A stretch of DNA of 64,000 nucleotides, from NCBI RefSeq assembly GCF_964204645.1, contig NC_134030.1:14198110-14262109 (forward strand), read 5' to 3'. Within the stretch, counting starts at the first letter, position 1; every line of letters starts with the position of its first letter. Below, piece by piece: positions 1 through 10,444 of the stretch. The DNA comes from Tubulanus polymorphus. Its lineage: Eukaryota > Animalia > Nemertea. Under the pieces are notes generated by a model. That model worked only from the letters and a program-made list of their open reading frames with translations. It was not told where the DNA came from and did not search any database. Made by a program: the position numbers and the translations under genes.

Positions 1-1101
1 TTCCAGAACCATGTAATGAATTATCCTCTGTTGTTCTAAAATCTAACCATAATGCATATTTATTACCGGTATAATAATCAATTTGATTAATGTTACAATT
101 TTCAGATGATTTTACTTTTTCATTCATAAAATGTTTTCTAATTTCTGGCCATTGATCATTCTCATTCCTTGACAAAATATTTTATTTGCTATTCCTTCGA
201 TAGTTATTTCTACTTTTGTTATTTCAGTATTATAATAATTATCAACATTTATTGCACCATTAGTATATGTTGCAATGGTAAAAAATATTAATATACCTTT
301 AATAGATCTTCTTGGGAAGTTAATATTCTCATTAATTATTTCATCATTTGCATTAATAGTTACAGTTTTAAATTTATCAATATAATCATATAATAATGAA
401 AATCCTTGATTGTATTTAGTTTGAATTATACTTGAAATATTTTCATCAGTTACTGTATCATATTCTAAACATATATTCGATAATTTATAACTCATATCTT
501 TATTAACGCTAGATATTACAATTTCATTTACAGGAGCAAATGTTATTTCGAATATAACGTCTTCTTGAATTGCGTATTTATATAAAGGTGCATTGTTATT
601 TATCAATTCAAAGTCTAATGGAATTTTATATTTGCTTCCATATATACTTTTTATCAATTTATCTATAGAATTAGTTAATATTGCATTATATGCTTCTGAT
701 CTTAATTTATTTTGGTTTTCTGATTGGATTCCTTGAAATATCATATTATTTCTATTTTCTTTAGTTAACCATAAATCTTTATAATGCATAAATAAATTAT
801 AATCATCTAATGTGAAAACTGTTTCTGGACCAATCTTTATAGTTAATTTTTTTATCAAATATCTTCCAACATTATCAACAACATAATTATTATTAATACC
901 GATTACTTTTATATCGGCTGATAAATAAATACTATTTGGAACATAAAAAGTATTTTGTGTTAATCGAGGAATTCTAACATATAAAGTTTCATCAGGATTA
1001 ATGTTAGAAGGATTATGTGTAATTATATGATGTGATCTTTTTGCTTTAATAGCATTAGATATTCTATGATTCTTAGAAGGATTGATATAACTCCCACTCA
1101 T
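1..1101 (-). pseudogene. Putative double jelly-roll major capsid protein, frameshifted near 155; continues beyond the window
   Basis: The 325-aa ORF (ITHNPSNINP..LYVRIPRL, NVGRYLIKKLTIKIG, KIPLDFELI, ICLEYDTV, KVEITIEG) resembles the capsid family of invertebrate Polinton-like elements. After GMRM a shifted frame reads DQWPEIRKHFMNEK...KYALWLDFRTTEDNSLHGSG, open to base 1. Confidence 0.7.
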
Positions 1102-1121
1102 TTATTTAACAAAAAAATTAA

Positions 1122-2679
1122 TTATTTATTTTTTATCATGTTTACTAAACCAAAAATAATTGCACTTACAACTGTAATTAAAAATAAAATAATATGTTCA
1201 GCAGCAAAGTTAATAATGTTTCCTGCAGATTTCAATATAAAACCAACAATTGATGCAATAACTCCTGGCAATGCTGCAGCAGATTTCTCATTTGATTTGC
1301 TTGATAGTTCCCATAAATATTTTGCTAATTTCTTTAAACCATCGTGTTTATTTGGAGTAGGAGTAGATTTTAAAGCATTTGATATTGCTAAACCAATTGT
1401 TGTAAATAACATAGTTACAGCTGTTAGAATTGAAAGAATTGTTATTCCTTCTAATTTAAATAATAACTTTATTCTATCTTTCAATGATATTTCAGAATTT
1501 TAGTTTAATCAACAAATCTTTAAAAATAACTTTTTTTCTATTAATATTATAATCATATGATTTTAATAATAACTTAATTTCTTCTTTTTGTAATTCTATG
1601 TTATATTCTAAATCATCTTTTTCTTTTTCTAAATATGCATTTCTTTTTTTAAATTCGATTTCTTCAATAACTTTATTATCTCTATCTAATTTTAGTTGTT
1701 CTATTTCTTTATTTTTATCAGTTAATTCTTTTTCTAAAGTTCTAATTTTAATATCTCTTTTACTTTTTTCATGCGAAATTTTATCAGCTGATTCTTGCAT
1801 ACCTTTAATTTCTCTACGTGTTTGTTCAGGAAATTGTTTTAATTCTTCATCAGTTAAATCAAGTAATCCTTTTTCTAGTAAAGATTGTATTTGATTTATT
1901 CCAGTTTCAGCACCAGCACCAGATGTATCTGGTATACTATTCATCTCTTCTGAATCTCTTAATCTATCAATTTGTTTTTCAAATGTTAATTGTAATTGAC
2001 TTGAATCATTATCAATTTGTTGAATATCTCTTCTCGATGTTTCGGGCGTTGAAGATCTTAATTTATCTAATCGATCTCTATACTCTTCCATTTCTGTTTC
2101 TGAATTTGTATTGATTATTTTTAATAAGTCATCAATTCTTTCACTAAATTCTGTTATATTATCATCTCTTTCTTCTTGTGTAACATCAGTTATTTCATTA
2201 TTAATACTTATTATTTTAATTCTATCTGGTTCTAATTTTCTCAAAGTTGATTCCGCTAATATTTTATTTAGTCTTGTCTTTTGATTAGTGATATCAATAT
2301 AATAATCACCATCCAAATGATAATAATATTTACCTTTAAAAAGTTTTAAATTTTCTGCTAAAAGTTCAGCATCTCTATCACTTATATTATACCCAGATCT
2401 TTCAAATACAGGTTTGAATTTATAAATAATTTTATTATATTCTAAATCTTGTCTTGATAAACCTTGATTTAAATTTTCAGGAGGTATTCTCGATCTAGTT
2501 CTTCTATCAAATTCATCTGTTGATGGGGCTTTAGAACCACTATCTGCTAAATTAGAATTATATGCTGATTCATTACCATCATCGATATTAGTTTCTGCAT
2601 CATTATAATCATCATCAATATATCCTTCATTATAATTTCCCATGCCTTCCATTTCATAATCTTCTCCACCTTCTGCCAT
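1122..2679 (-). pseudogene. Viral coiled-coil protein with C-terminal multi-pass membrane domain; one gene split by a frameshift at ~1495-1505
   Basis: ORF 1492-2679 (acidic N-terminus, long heptad coiled coil) abuts ORF 1122-1484 in another frame. The latter has no ATG or promoter of its own (TTG start) and encodes hydrophobic helices (ALPGVIASIVGFILKSAG). Confidence 0.65.
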
Positions 2680-2694
2680 TTACATAATAAAAAA

Positions 2695-4005
2695 TTAAAA
2701 TTTAAAAAATAATATTCCTCCGATTACAATTCCTATACAAGTTAAAGCTAATTTAGTATTTTCATAGGATTTTTTATCATCATTTAGTTTAATTATATCA
2801 TGTTGAATATTATCAGTTTTTATATTTTCTGATGTATTGTAATCTTTTATTTTAGAATCATTATTTAATTTGATATTATTAGTTTTAGTTTCAGTTGATT
2901 GAATGTGTTTTTTATTTTTTTCACCTTCCAATAATTTTGGAGCAGTGATAATCTTTTTATTTATATCATTTAATCCAAATGAATTATTTATTGTTGCAGT
3001 TTTAATTAGATTATTATAACCAATTAAACCAAATCCCGTCTTTAATACTAAATCATTAGAAATAATAAATAGATTAGGGCCCATACAATAATTTAATCTA
3101 ATATGTGATTTATCTAAATAATTTTGATATCTTACAATGTTTTCTGGAATCGATCCATTTTTATCATTATGAATTGAATCTTCAAATAATACTTTGAATT
3201 GTTTCTGCGCATCGAATGAAGTGTTATCATTTCCAACTATTGGTGATCTTGTTTCAACTTGCGCACCTAAAATACATATCAAATGAGTTCTAATAGATTG
3301 ATTTATTCTTTGTATTCCAGCTATAGTAAAACCTTCACCATTTTCTAAAATGAAATTAACCTAACCATTATTATTATCAATTTTATAATTATGATAAGCC
3401 CCAATTCTATGCATATAATCAATTCTTTTTATTTCATACTCTTCACCAACACCTTGCAATTTACCATGCGCTCTAAAATCGGAATTAATATTTATATTAA
3501 ATTCATTACATATTTTATAAAACTTAGATAGATTAATATTATTATCCAATTCTTTAAAATATTAAGACCCGGGTATAGGACATTCTAATTCATTTAATAT
3601 TATTCTGATTTGAAAATATGTGTGAAATCTAAATATTGTGTGAATTAATTTTAAATCAGAACACTTCAAATTTTTATCTAAGTTATTTAAATGATCATTC
3701 CAACTTATTCCACATCCTGTTGTTGCACAATAAGCAGCAAAATTTAATTGATTCTGCCAATATTTCATATTAGATTTTACTTTATATATATATATATGGT
3801 ATTCATCTCGAGTAAAAGTAACTTCATATGTATTAAATATATTTTCCATTTTAGAAATAAAAAACTGTGATTCAGTAACATAAATTTCTAAATTAGTTAA
3901 TGAATTTAAAACTACATTTCTATATGTAATATTTTTCTTAAAATCTATTGCAGGAATATTATATTTAATTGATTTATTATATTGGAAAGCTTTTGGAAAC
4001 CCCAT
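2695..4005 (-). pseudogene. Conserved Polinton-like-virus protein (~436 codons) with C-terminal TM helix and two premature stops
   Basis: ORFs 3562-4005, 3361-3549 and 2695-3282 are in the same frame, separated by stops at 3562-3564 (TAA) and 3361-3363 (TAG, probably from TGG). Read-through gives WQNQLNFAAYCATTGCG...FRFHTYFQIR...G*VNFILENGEGFT...RINQSIRTHLICILGAQ...FDAQKQF. Confidence 0.75.
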
Positions 4006-4024
4006 TTATATAATTAAAAAATTA

Positions 4025-4456
4025 TTAATTAACTAATTCTTTTAATGATTTATCTTGTTCTTCAACTGTTATATGGCCATTTAAACTTATTATATAATCT
4101 AGTGTATTCTTTAATTTATTAATTTCTTTTATATTAGTTTTAATTTTTTCTTTATTACTTTTAATATTTAATTTTGAACTTATACCAGTTAAAACACTTG
4201 AACTTAATCCTAATACGCCAATTGATATAGCTAAAGGTGTTAATGGACTGAATATTGCTAGAAATGTTATTACAGAACTAATTGTAACCGAACCACTTAT
4301 AATCAAATAATATATAATTTTAGATTTTAAATATTTTTTCTTTTTAACTTTTAAGTCACTTTCAAATTCTAATATTTGTTTTTCTAAATATATTTTTAAT
4401 TTAGTTTTATTTATATCATGAGGAATAATATCAATATTATCAATTTTATCTTCCAT
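4025..4456 (-). CDS. Viral coiled-coil, two-TM-helix protein (143 aa)
   Basis: Intact ORF with TAAATG start; basic coiled-coil segments flank a ~45-aa hydrophobic hairpin. Confidence 0.7.
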   Translation of the reverse strand: MEDKIDNIDIIPHDINKTKLKIYLEKQILEFESDLKVKKKKYLKSKIIYYLIISGSVTISSVITFLAIFSPLTPLAISIGVLGLSSSVLTGISSKLNIKSNKEKIKTNIKEINKLKNTLDYIISLNGHITVEEQDKSLKELVN

Positions 4457-4492
4457 TTATTTAGAAACAAGAAAATTAATTTTAGAAAATTA

Positions 4493-5648
4493 TTTGACGC
4501 CTGCGAAAAAAATGTATAATTTCTGGGCTAAGCTAATGTGGAATTGCAAATTTGAAATCGAAGTTTTAAAAAAATTTGGGGAATGATGAGATTTGGCGAT
4601 TGGGTAGATGATACAGCGGGTCTTCGACTCTAGTAGTGGTTTAAATTTTTTTATTGAAAATTCTCAATAATTGATCGCGAACTTGCGACCGACTTCATTT
4701 ACTTATGCCTCTAAGCTAGTCTGCAACTTCATTGCCTCCATGGTTGAAGAACGAGCTCTTCTGATGTCTGCTTCATCATGACTTCGAGCATATCGTGTGG
4801 CCTAGCCAGCCGGCCCGGGCCACGGGTTTGGCTGTCACTCGATATCCTAGAGTCTTGAGTCTGGGTGGGTTGAAGTAGACATTGTCACTTAAAATAACAT
4901 GCTTATGTTGTTCTGTATGAATTACCCGTGTGTCATGTATGTTGTATTAATTTATTTTAAAATTTGTATTTATTGAATTTGGGAATTATATCCCGAAATT
5001 TCAATGTAATAAGGATCAATAAAGAATTGAATTGAATTGTCACCTAATACACATGCCATCAGAGGACGCGGAGCCGTATATGATAGCTATGCTATTATAA
5101 ATTGCTAATCTCACGAAACCTGCATACTCCTAATATCAAACATATTTTCTAAAACGTTTGAATATTGAAATTATATGTTTACACATTTTCATATTGACCG
5201 CTTGTAGCCGCTGATGAAATTCACGCCGACCCTACACACATCGTAGATAGCTTCGTCATTCCACCGGCATGCCCACGTCAGGGTCTGACTTTTATATCAG
5301 ACTTCCAAATCGTGTATACATCAGCCATTTAACCGAATAATCCGATTTACTTATCATTTCTATTTATGCCTGCCGCTTCTGATATAATCATACATCCTTT
5401 ACTATTACAATACGTCTGCTAATGATATTCAATGCAATATAACATTTCGACGTTCAAATATAGGTCATTATATAATCACAGGAAGCCATTCTACATCTAT
5501 GTCAATAATATTTTGCTAGATAGCTTATTTGTGTACACATAGACCTGTGACGTTTTGCACATCGATTTACGGCTGTCGTTTGTAAAATGACGCTGAATGG
5601 TTAACATTGTTGAGGTTTCATAATGGTAACGTTTTATAAGGCGTCAAA
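4493..5648. mobile_element. 1156-bp insertion into the viral array, probably a non-autonomous DNA transposon
   Basis: GC-richer and non-coding. 10-bp inverted termini TTTGACGCCT (4493-4502) / AGGCGTCAAA (5639-5648). Flanked by GAAAATTA (4485-4492) and AAAAATTA (5649-5656). Contains a LINE-like AATAAA(GAATT)n tail at ~5018-5039. Confidence 0.55.
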
Positions 5649-5656
5649 AAAAATTA

Positions 5657-6070
5657 CTAATTAGTAAATTTATATGCTACAAATATAACAGTTCCACCTA
5701 AAATCCATATTATTTCATATATCTGTTGTTTACTTGGGGTATAATAATCTGATATTGTAGGTTTATGTAGATGTAATTTTGCTTTATTTGTTACCGCGTT
5801 ATATAAACTCATTGCATCATCAACTGATTGAAAATCTCTATGTGAAATCTTCTGATCATATAATTCTTTGTTAATATAATCCATATAGTTTTGTCGTTTT
5901 TCTCTATATATTTCAGCTGCTTTATTGTATTTCTCTAATGCTAAGTTATATCTTTTTTGTTCTGTTAATGAACCATTTTTATCAATATGTTTAAATAAAT
6001 ATCCACCACCAGTAAATGCTAAAGCGTTAACAATTGCCGATCCTATAATAGTTATAATTGCAGAAGCCAT
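5657..6070 (-). CDS. Viral membrane protein (N- and C-terminal hydrophobic helices, central coiled coil; 137 aa)
   Basis: Intact ORF MASAIITIIGSAIVNALAFTGGGYLF...EQKRYNLALEKY with TAAATG start; resembles a small protein family of invertebrate Polinton-like elements. Confidence 0.75.
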   Translation of the reverse strand: MASAIITIIGSAIVNALAFTGGGYLFKHIDKNGSLTEQKRYNLALEKYNKAAEIYREKRQNYMDYINKELYDQKISHRDFQSVDDAMSLYNAVTNKAKLHLHKPTISDYYTPSKQQIYEIIWILGGTVIFVAYKFTN

Positions 6071-6094
6071 TTATTTAGTAAAATAATTACGCAT

Positions 6095-6316
6095 TTATAT
6101 GGGAGGAATATATTTTTGTTTTTCCAAATAATCAATAGTTAAATTAGATAAAGTAACTGCTAATGTTAATTTTAAAATATCATTTATATCAAATCTATCA
6201 ACATTAACACTTCCCATTTTAAATACTTTTTTTAATACCATTGAATAACCAACAGTTCCAACTGATAGTAATGCTCCATTATATAATCCAGTTATTATCC
6301 ACTTATTATCACTCAT
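6095..6316 (-). CDS. Small hydrophobic viral protein (73 aa)
   Basis: Intact ORF with TAAATG start, two hydrophobic segments, C-terminal DYLEKQKYIP. Confidence 0.7.
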   Translation of the reverse strand: MSDNKWIITGLYNGALLSVGTVGYSMVLKKVFKMGSVNVDRFDINDILKLTLAVTLSNLTIDYLEKQKYIPPI

Positions 6317-6673
6317 TTATTTATCAAAAAAATTACTATCATCAAAATATTTAGTTATCTTATTTATGATTAATTCAACATTTATTTCATTACTAGTTTC
6401 ATTTGTATATATTTCATTTATTATTTTTTTAATATCATCGATGATAAAATCTTCATCTAATTCATAAAATCTTAAAGATTCTCTAATTAAATTAGTAATC
6501 TTATCTACATTTAAAGTTTCTTTATCTATTGTTGTTTCATACTGAAATGTCGTTTCATTAGAAAATGTAATATTTTTGATATGTGTAATTACATCATTAA
6601 CGTTAAATTTCATTTCTTTCTCATGTTTAAAATCAAACCCAAAACATATACTCGGCCCAACAGTTATATTCAT
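6317..6673 (-). CDS. Viral hypothetical protein (118 aa)
   Basis: Intact ORF with TAAATG start; its stop codon abuts the next gene's ATG (TAA-ATG). Confidence 0.6.
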   Translation of the reverse strand: MNITVGPSICFGFDFKHEKEMKFNVNDVITHIKNITFSNETTFQYETTIDKETLNVDKITNLIRESLRFYELDEDFIIDDIKKIINEIYTNETSNEINVELIINKITKYFDDSNFFDK

Positions 6674-6693
6674 TTATATAGTGAAAAAAATTA
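6671..6693 (-). promoter_or_regulatory. Representative viral late-type promoter TAATTTTTTTCACTATATAAATG; copies upstream of ATGs at 1101, 2679, 4005, 4456, 6070, 6316, 6673 and 31784(+)
   Basis: A TAATT-led T-run lies 18-23 nt before an ATG embedded in TAAATG at each gene; TAAATG alone occurs at 7446. Confidence 0.7.
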
Positions 6694-7446
6694 CTCTTTA
6701 CATCTTATAACTAATTCATATATCACAGGAAAGTTATTCAAATCAATTAAATAACCATTATGATTTCTTATTTCTAATTTAAAATTATTGAAATGTGGAA
6801 TACAAGGTTTGAAATCACATTCAGTTAAATTATAATTTATTTGAGTTCCAAATTGTTAAACATTTTTTAGCGGTAAAATATTTAGTATACTAGAACTACA
6901 AATCGTTTCTTTAGTTGCTTCGAAAGTTTTTGTAGGCTCGATTAAATTGCAATAAATATAAAAGTGTGTAAAAGGTATTATATTTGAGCTGCCTTCTGCG
7001 TTTCCAGTAACTGTAAGCGGTTTAATTCCTAACATTTTAGCCAGTGGTTTGTTTACCATAAATTTATGTTGTTCATTAGATATCTTTATTCTTATTTTAT
7101 TAGTACTATCAATTTTATTAAATTTAATTTCAAATACAGAAGTGCCCCCGATTTTCAACCGAGCTCTTCTATTAATTTCCTGCGCTAATGATTCTAAATT
7201 ATATAATCCTGGTTTTAAAAATATATGAAACCATTTATCTTTATTTCTCATATAAATCATAAACCCTCTATGTTCAAAAGTTTTATCCGATATATTATAA
7301 AAAGAATTACATAAACTTATATTTACTAATTTTAAATCTACACAATTCTTAAATTCTCTATCTAATTGTACTAGTAAATTATGAGATTTATAATTAGTAA
7401 GTTTTCTTGAATCAACAAATATTCTGTATTCTTTTAATTCTACCAT
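6691..7446 (-). pseudogene. Putative minor capsid (penton, single jelly-roll) protein with one premature stop at 6856-6858
   Basis: Penton-like motifs IFVDSR, LVNISLCNSFYNI, LKPGLYNLESL and FYIYCNLI. In-frame continuation past the stop reads QFGTQINY...FKLEIRNHNGYLIDLNNFPVIYELVIR to the stop at 6691. Confidence 0.7.
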
Positions 7447-7463
7447 TTATTTTACATATTTTC

Positions 7464-7817
7464 TTATTCGAAATCTATTTCATGGTGCCCCTTTTCATTC
7501 TTACCTTTGTATACGAAATAGAAATCTCCAGAACATAATTCTTCTAAGTCTTCACTTGATAATCTATGAAATCTATCCGGTAAATATGTTCTGAATTTAT
7601 ACGTATTTCCTTTTAATCCTTCATATTCTAAGTGTATAACTAATTTATCTCCATAGTTATTAGTAACTGTAACAATATCTGTAATTAGATATTTCTTATG
7701 GATTGTTAATTCTGTTAACTTTTTGAATTTATAATCTACAGATTTTACATTTGTGATATCTTTAATTCTATCTAGAAATAATTTGTTGTTCTCACTGTGC
7801 GCTTGTTTACTCTCCAT
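7464..7817 (-). CDS. Small Polinton-associated protein, possibly OB-fold/ssDNA-binding (117 aa)
   Basis: Pattern FKKLTEL...KKYLITDI..VTNNYGDKLVIHLE...YLPDRF...FVYKG; lies immediately downstream of polB. The function is inferred. Confidence 0.6.
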   Translation of the reverse strand: MESKQAHSENNKLFLDRIKDITNVKSVDYKFKKLTELTIHKKYLITDIVTVTNNYGDKLVIHLEYEGLKGNTYKFRTYLPDRFHRLSSEDLEELCSGDFYFVYKGKNEKGHHEIDFE

Positions 7818-7846
7818 TTTAATAACATATTTTTATTAAAATTTGA

Positions 7847-8305
7847 TTAACACGTTAGAATTCTTTTCATTATCTCGTTCTCTTTTGTTTCTTCTCTTTT
7901 AAATTTTAAGTATTCATCTAAATTACAACCATAAGCATCTGTATGAATTCCATCATCTAAAATATATCTTTTATCATCAAATGGGTTTAGACTTATCTTT
8001 TCAATTTCTTCAATAAACATTTCATAATCTTCAGATCTTAAACATCTCATCTTATGTTTTCTAACTTCTTCATTGAATATACAATTGATGTAATCTTTGA
8101 AATGAATATTCTTTTCTACTACACTTTTGGTTATTCCTTTTAACTTTTTAGCTTCATGTTCTTTAGTTTTATATGAATACATTTTAGATCTAATACCAAT
8201 GAATTCAATCATTTCTTCACCACCTAATTCATCTTTGAATTTACCGGGAACTTTTTTATTATCATTGCTAAACAATTCATGATCTTTAGGATAATTACTG
8301 AAATA
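7847..8305 (-). pseudogene. C-terminal fragment of protein-primed family B DNA polymerase (Polinton-type pPolB), 5'-truncated
   Basis: FSNYPKDHELFSNDNKKVPGKFKDE, EFIGIRSKMYSY, KKLKGITK and SLNPFDDKRYI...GIHT.AYG are characteristic of the Maverick/Polinton PolB C-terminus. Similarity ends at ~8305. Confidence 0.92.
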
Positions 8306-9886
8306 AAAAATGATGTTTTAATGTTTTTAAATCATCAGTTATGTTATCAGTTTTTATCTTTAATATGTAACTGTCGGTATCAAAATATAATATTTCTATA
8401 TGTTTTTCTCCAAAAAGTGGTTGTAATACATTATAATAGAATTCATACATTAGTGTATGAATTCTACAGAGTGTATACAGAGTGTGCTATAATAGCCTGT
8501 ACTCTACAATATACGAAAATATCCACACTTATGTTCTATGGAAACTTTAAGTTGTCAAATTCACTAGTTAAAAGCTTCAAACTTCGACAAAATCTCACCA
8601 GAATGCACAGTCCGGATGTTACGGCTCTTCCTTATGCGATTATTCCTAGGAAAACCAAATGTTCTTGTTCCCAAAAAGAAGTTTTTAGCTCCCGTGCCAA
8701 TGACACGACTCTACAGTCCGCCATGTTCAAAAAACATTTCTAAACCTGATGCTATTAAACCAAAAATGAATGTAACGAATACTTTGTAACTGCACTTAAG
8801 TTTTTGAACTTAATTATGCGGGTAAAGCTACAAAAATGACGTAATCGTGTATACAAGTAAGAAAGGTGGTAGCAAAATGGACTCAAACGAGCACGCCACC
8901 CGATGTTCCTCGAAAATCGAGTTAGTTCAAAAAGTTAACGTCATTATGGTAGCGGGTTTAAGGTATGGTCTGAGTATTTTGATCATGTAAATTATGACAG
9001 GCTAGTGCTTTTCACCGAATTAATATGTCAGTCTTGATTATGTTTCAATTTGGACTTATAAAGGGAAACTCAATCGCTCATCACGATTCCTTGAATAAAG
9101 ACAGATTACCTGGTAATATTCCAATTTATACCGACGCCGAGTGGCCAGGCTTGCAACTTAATAGGGGAATTGCAAACCACGCAATACCCCAACAAAAAAA
9201 CAACAAAAGTAAGTTCACGCCATGGATAAGGTGTATATATTTTATGTACAGATAGTTTATTGAGTTACAGAATATGATCATCACTCGATCGATTATTTTT
9301 GAAGTGAGGAAAAAGACGACAGGAACAATCTACAGTTTAAGGGAATTAACTCATATGCCGTCCCGTGCTGCTAACTATTGATAAAACTTGAAAGTAACAT
9401 CTGATTTTTAATTTGAATTGACTGCGTGACTTTTCAAACACGAACAATGAGTTTCCTGGCCATTTCGTGATGTCTTATTACTTCTGGCGAAAATCGAGTA
9501 CTTTCCAGCGATGAATTATGTAAGTCTTGAAATCATAGGTCGAGCCAGTCGATTTACTCTGCCAAAAGCTAACGAATTTGCCTCCATTCACTCGATTATA
9601 GACGTTCTTGTCATTTGATAAGCTGTTTTAAAGGGCTTGATAGAATAAAGTACTATTTTATATATGATTACGGTTTACGTGAACTTGCTTGAAATTTGTT
9701 AACAAAAAGTTTCCTTGTACTTCTCGAAAGTTTGATTACAATTGTTGTTCTTCAGTTGTGTCTGAAACAAAGCATAATCCACCAAACGTTTACGTGAGGC
9801 TGTATGTACATCCTTCCCAAGTGGCGCTGATCTGTATTGTCGGGAATTATTCCTACCATAAGTCGGCGTAGTACTAGTTTCGGGGA

Positions 9887-9914
9887 CTAGTGAAACGATG
9901 GCCGTCTGCGACGT
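9887..9914 (-). CDS. luqin: Possible luqin terminal coding exon (KRRRRPSFH*)
   Basis: If the donor AA|GTAAAT at 10335 is used, acceptor ttcctcacttcag at 9915 gives an in-phase basic tail and stop. Confidence 0.45.
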
Positions 9915-10331
9915 CTGAAGTGAGGAATACAACGGTAAAACAACAATCACCATCAATAAGAAAGCAATTACCTAATTAAGTAGCGCATTTTTGCTAATAT
10001 CGAAACCACCACATGATGATATTGAGCATGTAGTTTTAAAGATTTTGAATTCCTGTAAAACAACATTTACATATCTTGATTTTCTATGCTGATTTTTAAC
10101 TACATCTGTTTTCATAGATGAAATCGTTTTTTTACATCCTATGATTACCTCGTGCTACCAGCTAGACCACCAGATGGCGTACGTTTCTCTAGGAAATTCA
10201 GTTAATTTTCAATTAAACATTCATTCGGATTCTTCGCCTCCCCCTCATAAGAGATTTCACAATAAGCGTTCAGCAAATGTAGGATTCATTTCATTAGAAA
10301 GGTAATAGGGAAATAAATGAATTGAAGATAT

Positions 10332-10444
10332 TTACTTGACACACTTATATCTGCCTGTTGTATCGTCCCGGACACATATGCTATCTTTTGTAGCTATTAC
10401 TTGTGCTCTATCGCTAATACTTTTGTCTTTTTCCGTGTCATTAT
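10332..10444 (-). CDS. luqin: Luqin precursor, coding exon 2 (C-terminal two-cysteine domain)
   Basis: Acceptor tcttttcag at 10445. In phase 1 it reads DNDTEKDKSISDRAQVIATKDSICVRDDTTGRYKCVK*, containing the C-x10-C motif of luqin precursors. Confidence 0.85.

Larger units (their letters stand above)
1..8305 (-). mobile_element. Endogenous Polinton/Maverick-like virus fragment; runs off the left edge of the window and is truncated within PolB on the right
   Basis: Very AT-rich, intronless, co-oriented ORFs with short spacers (mostly ~15-35 bp). Recognisable pPolB C-terminus, penton-like ORF and capsid-like ORF. Abrupt change to host-like sequence at ~8305. Confidence 0.85.

Noticed and set aside
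1066-2114. Plus-strand ORFs 1066-1503, 1598-1894 and 1818-2114
   Set aside because: Antisense shadows of the minus-strand viral genes; no promoter motif or recognisable domain.
5205-5260. Isolated CTGATGA motifs (also ~57199 and ~59541)
   Set aside because: No stem II plus GAAA plus NUH arrangement, so not hammerheads.
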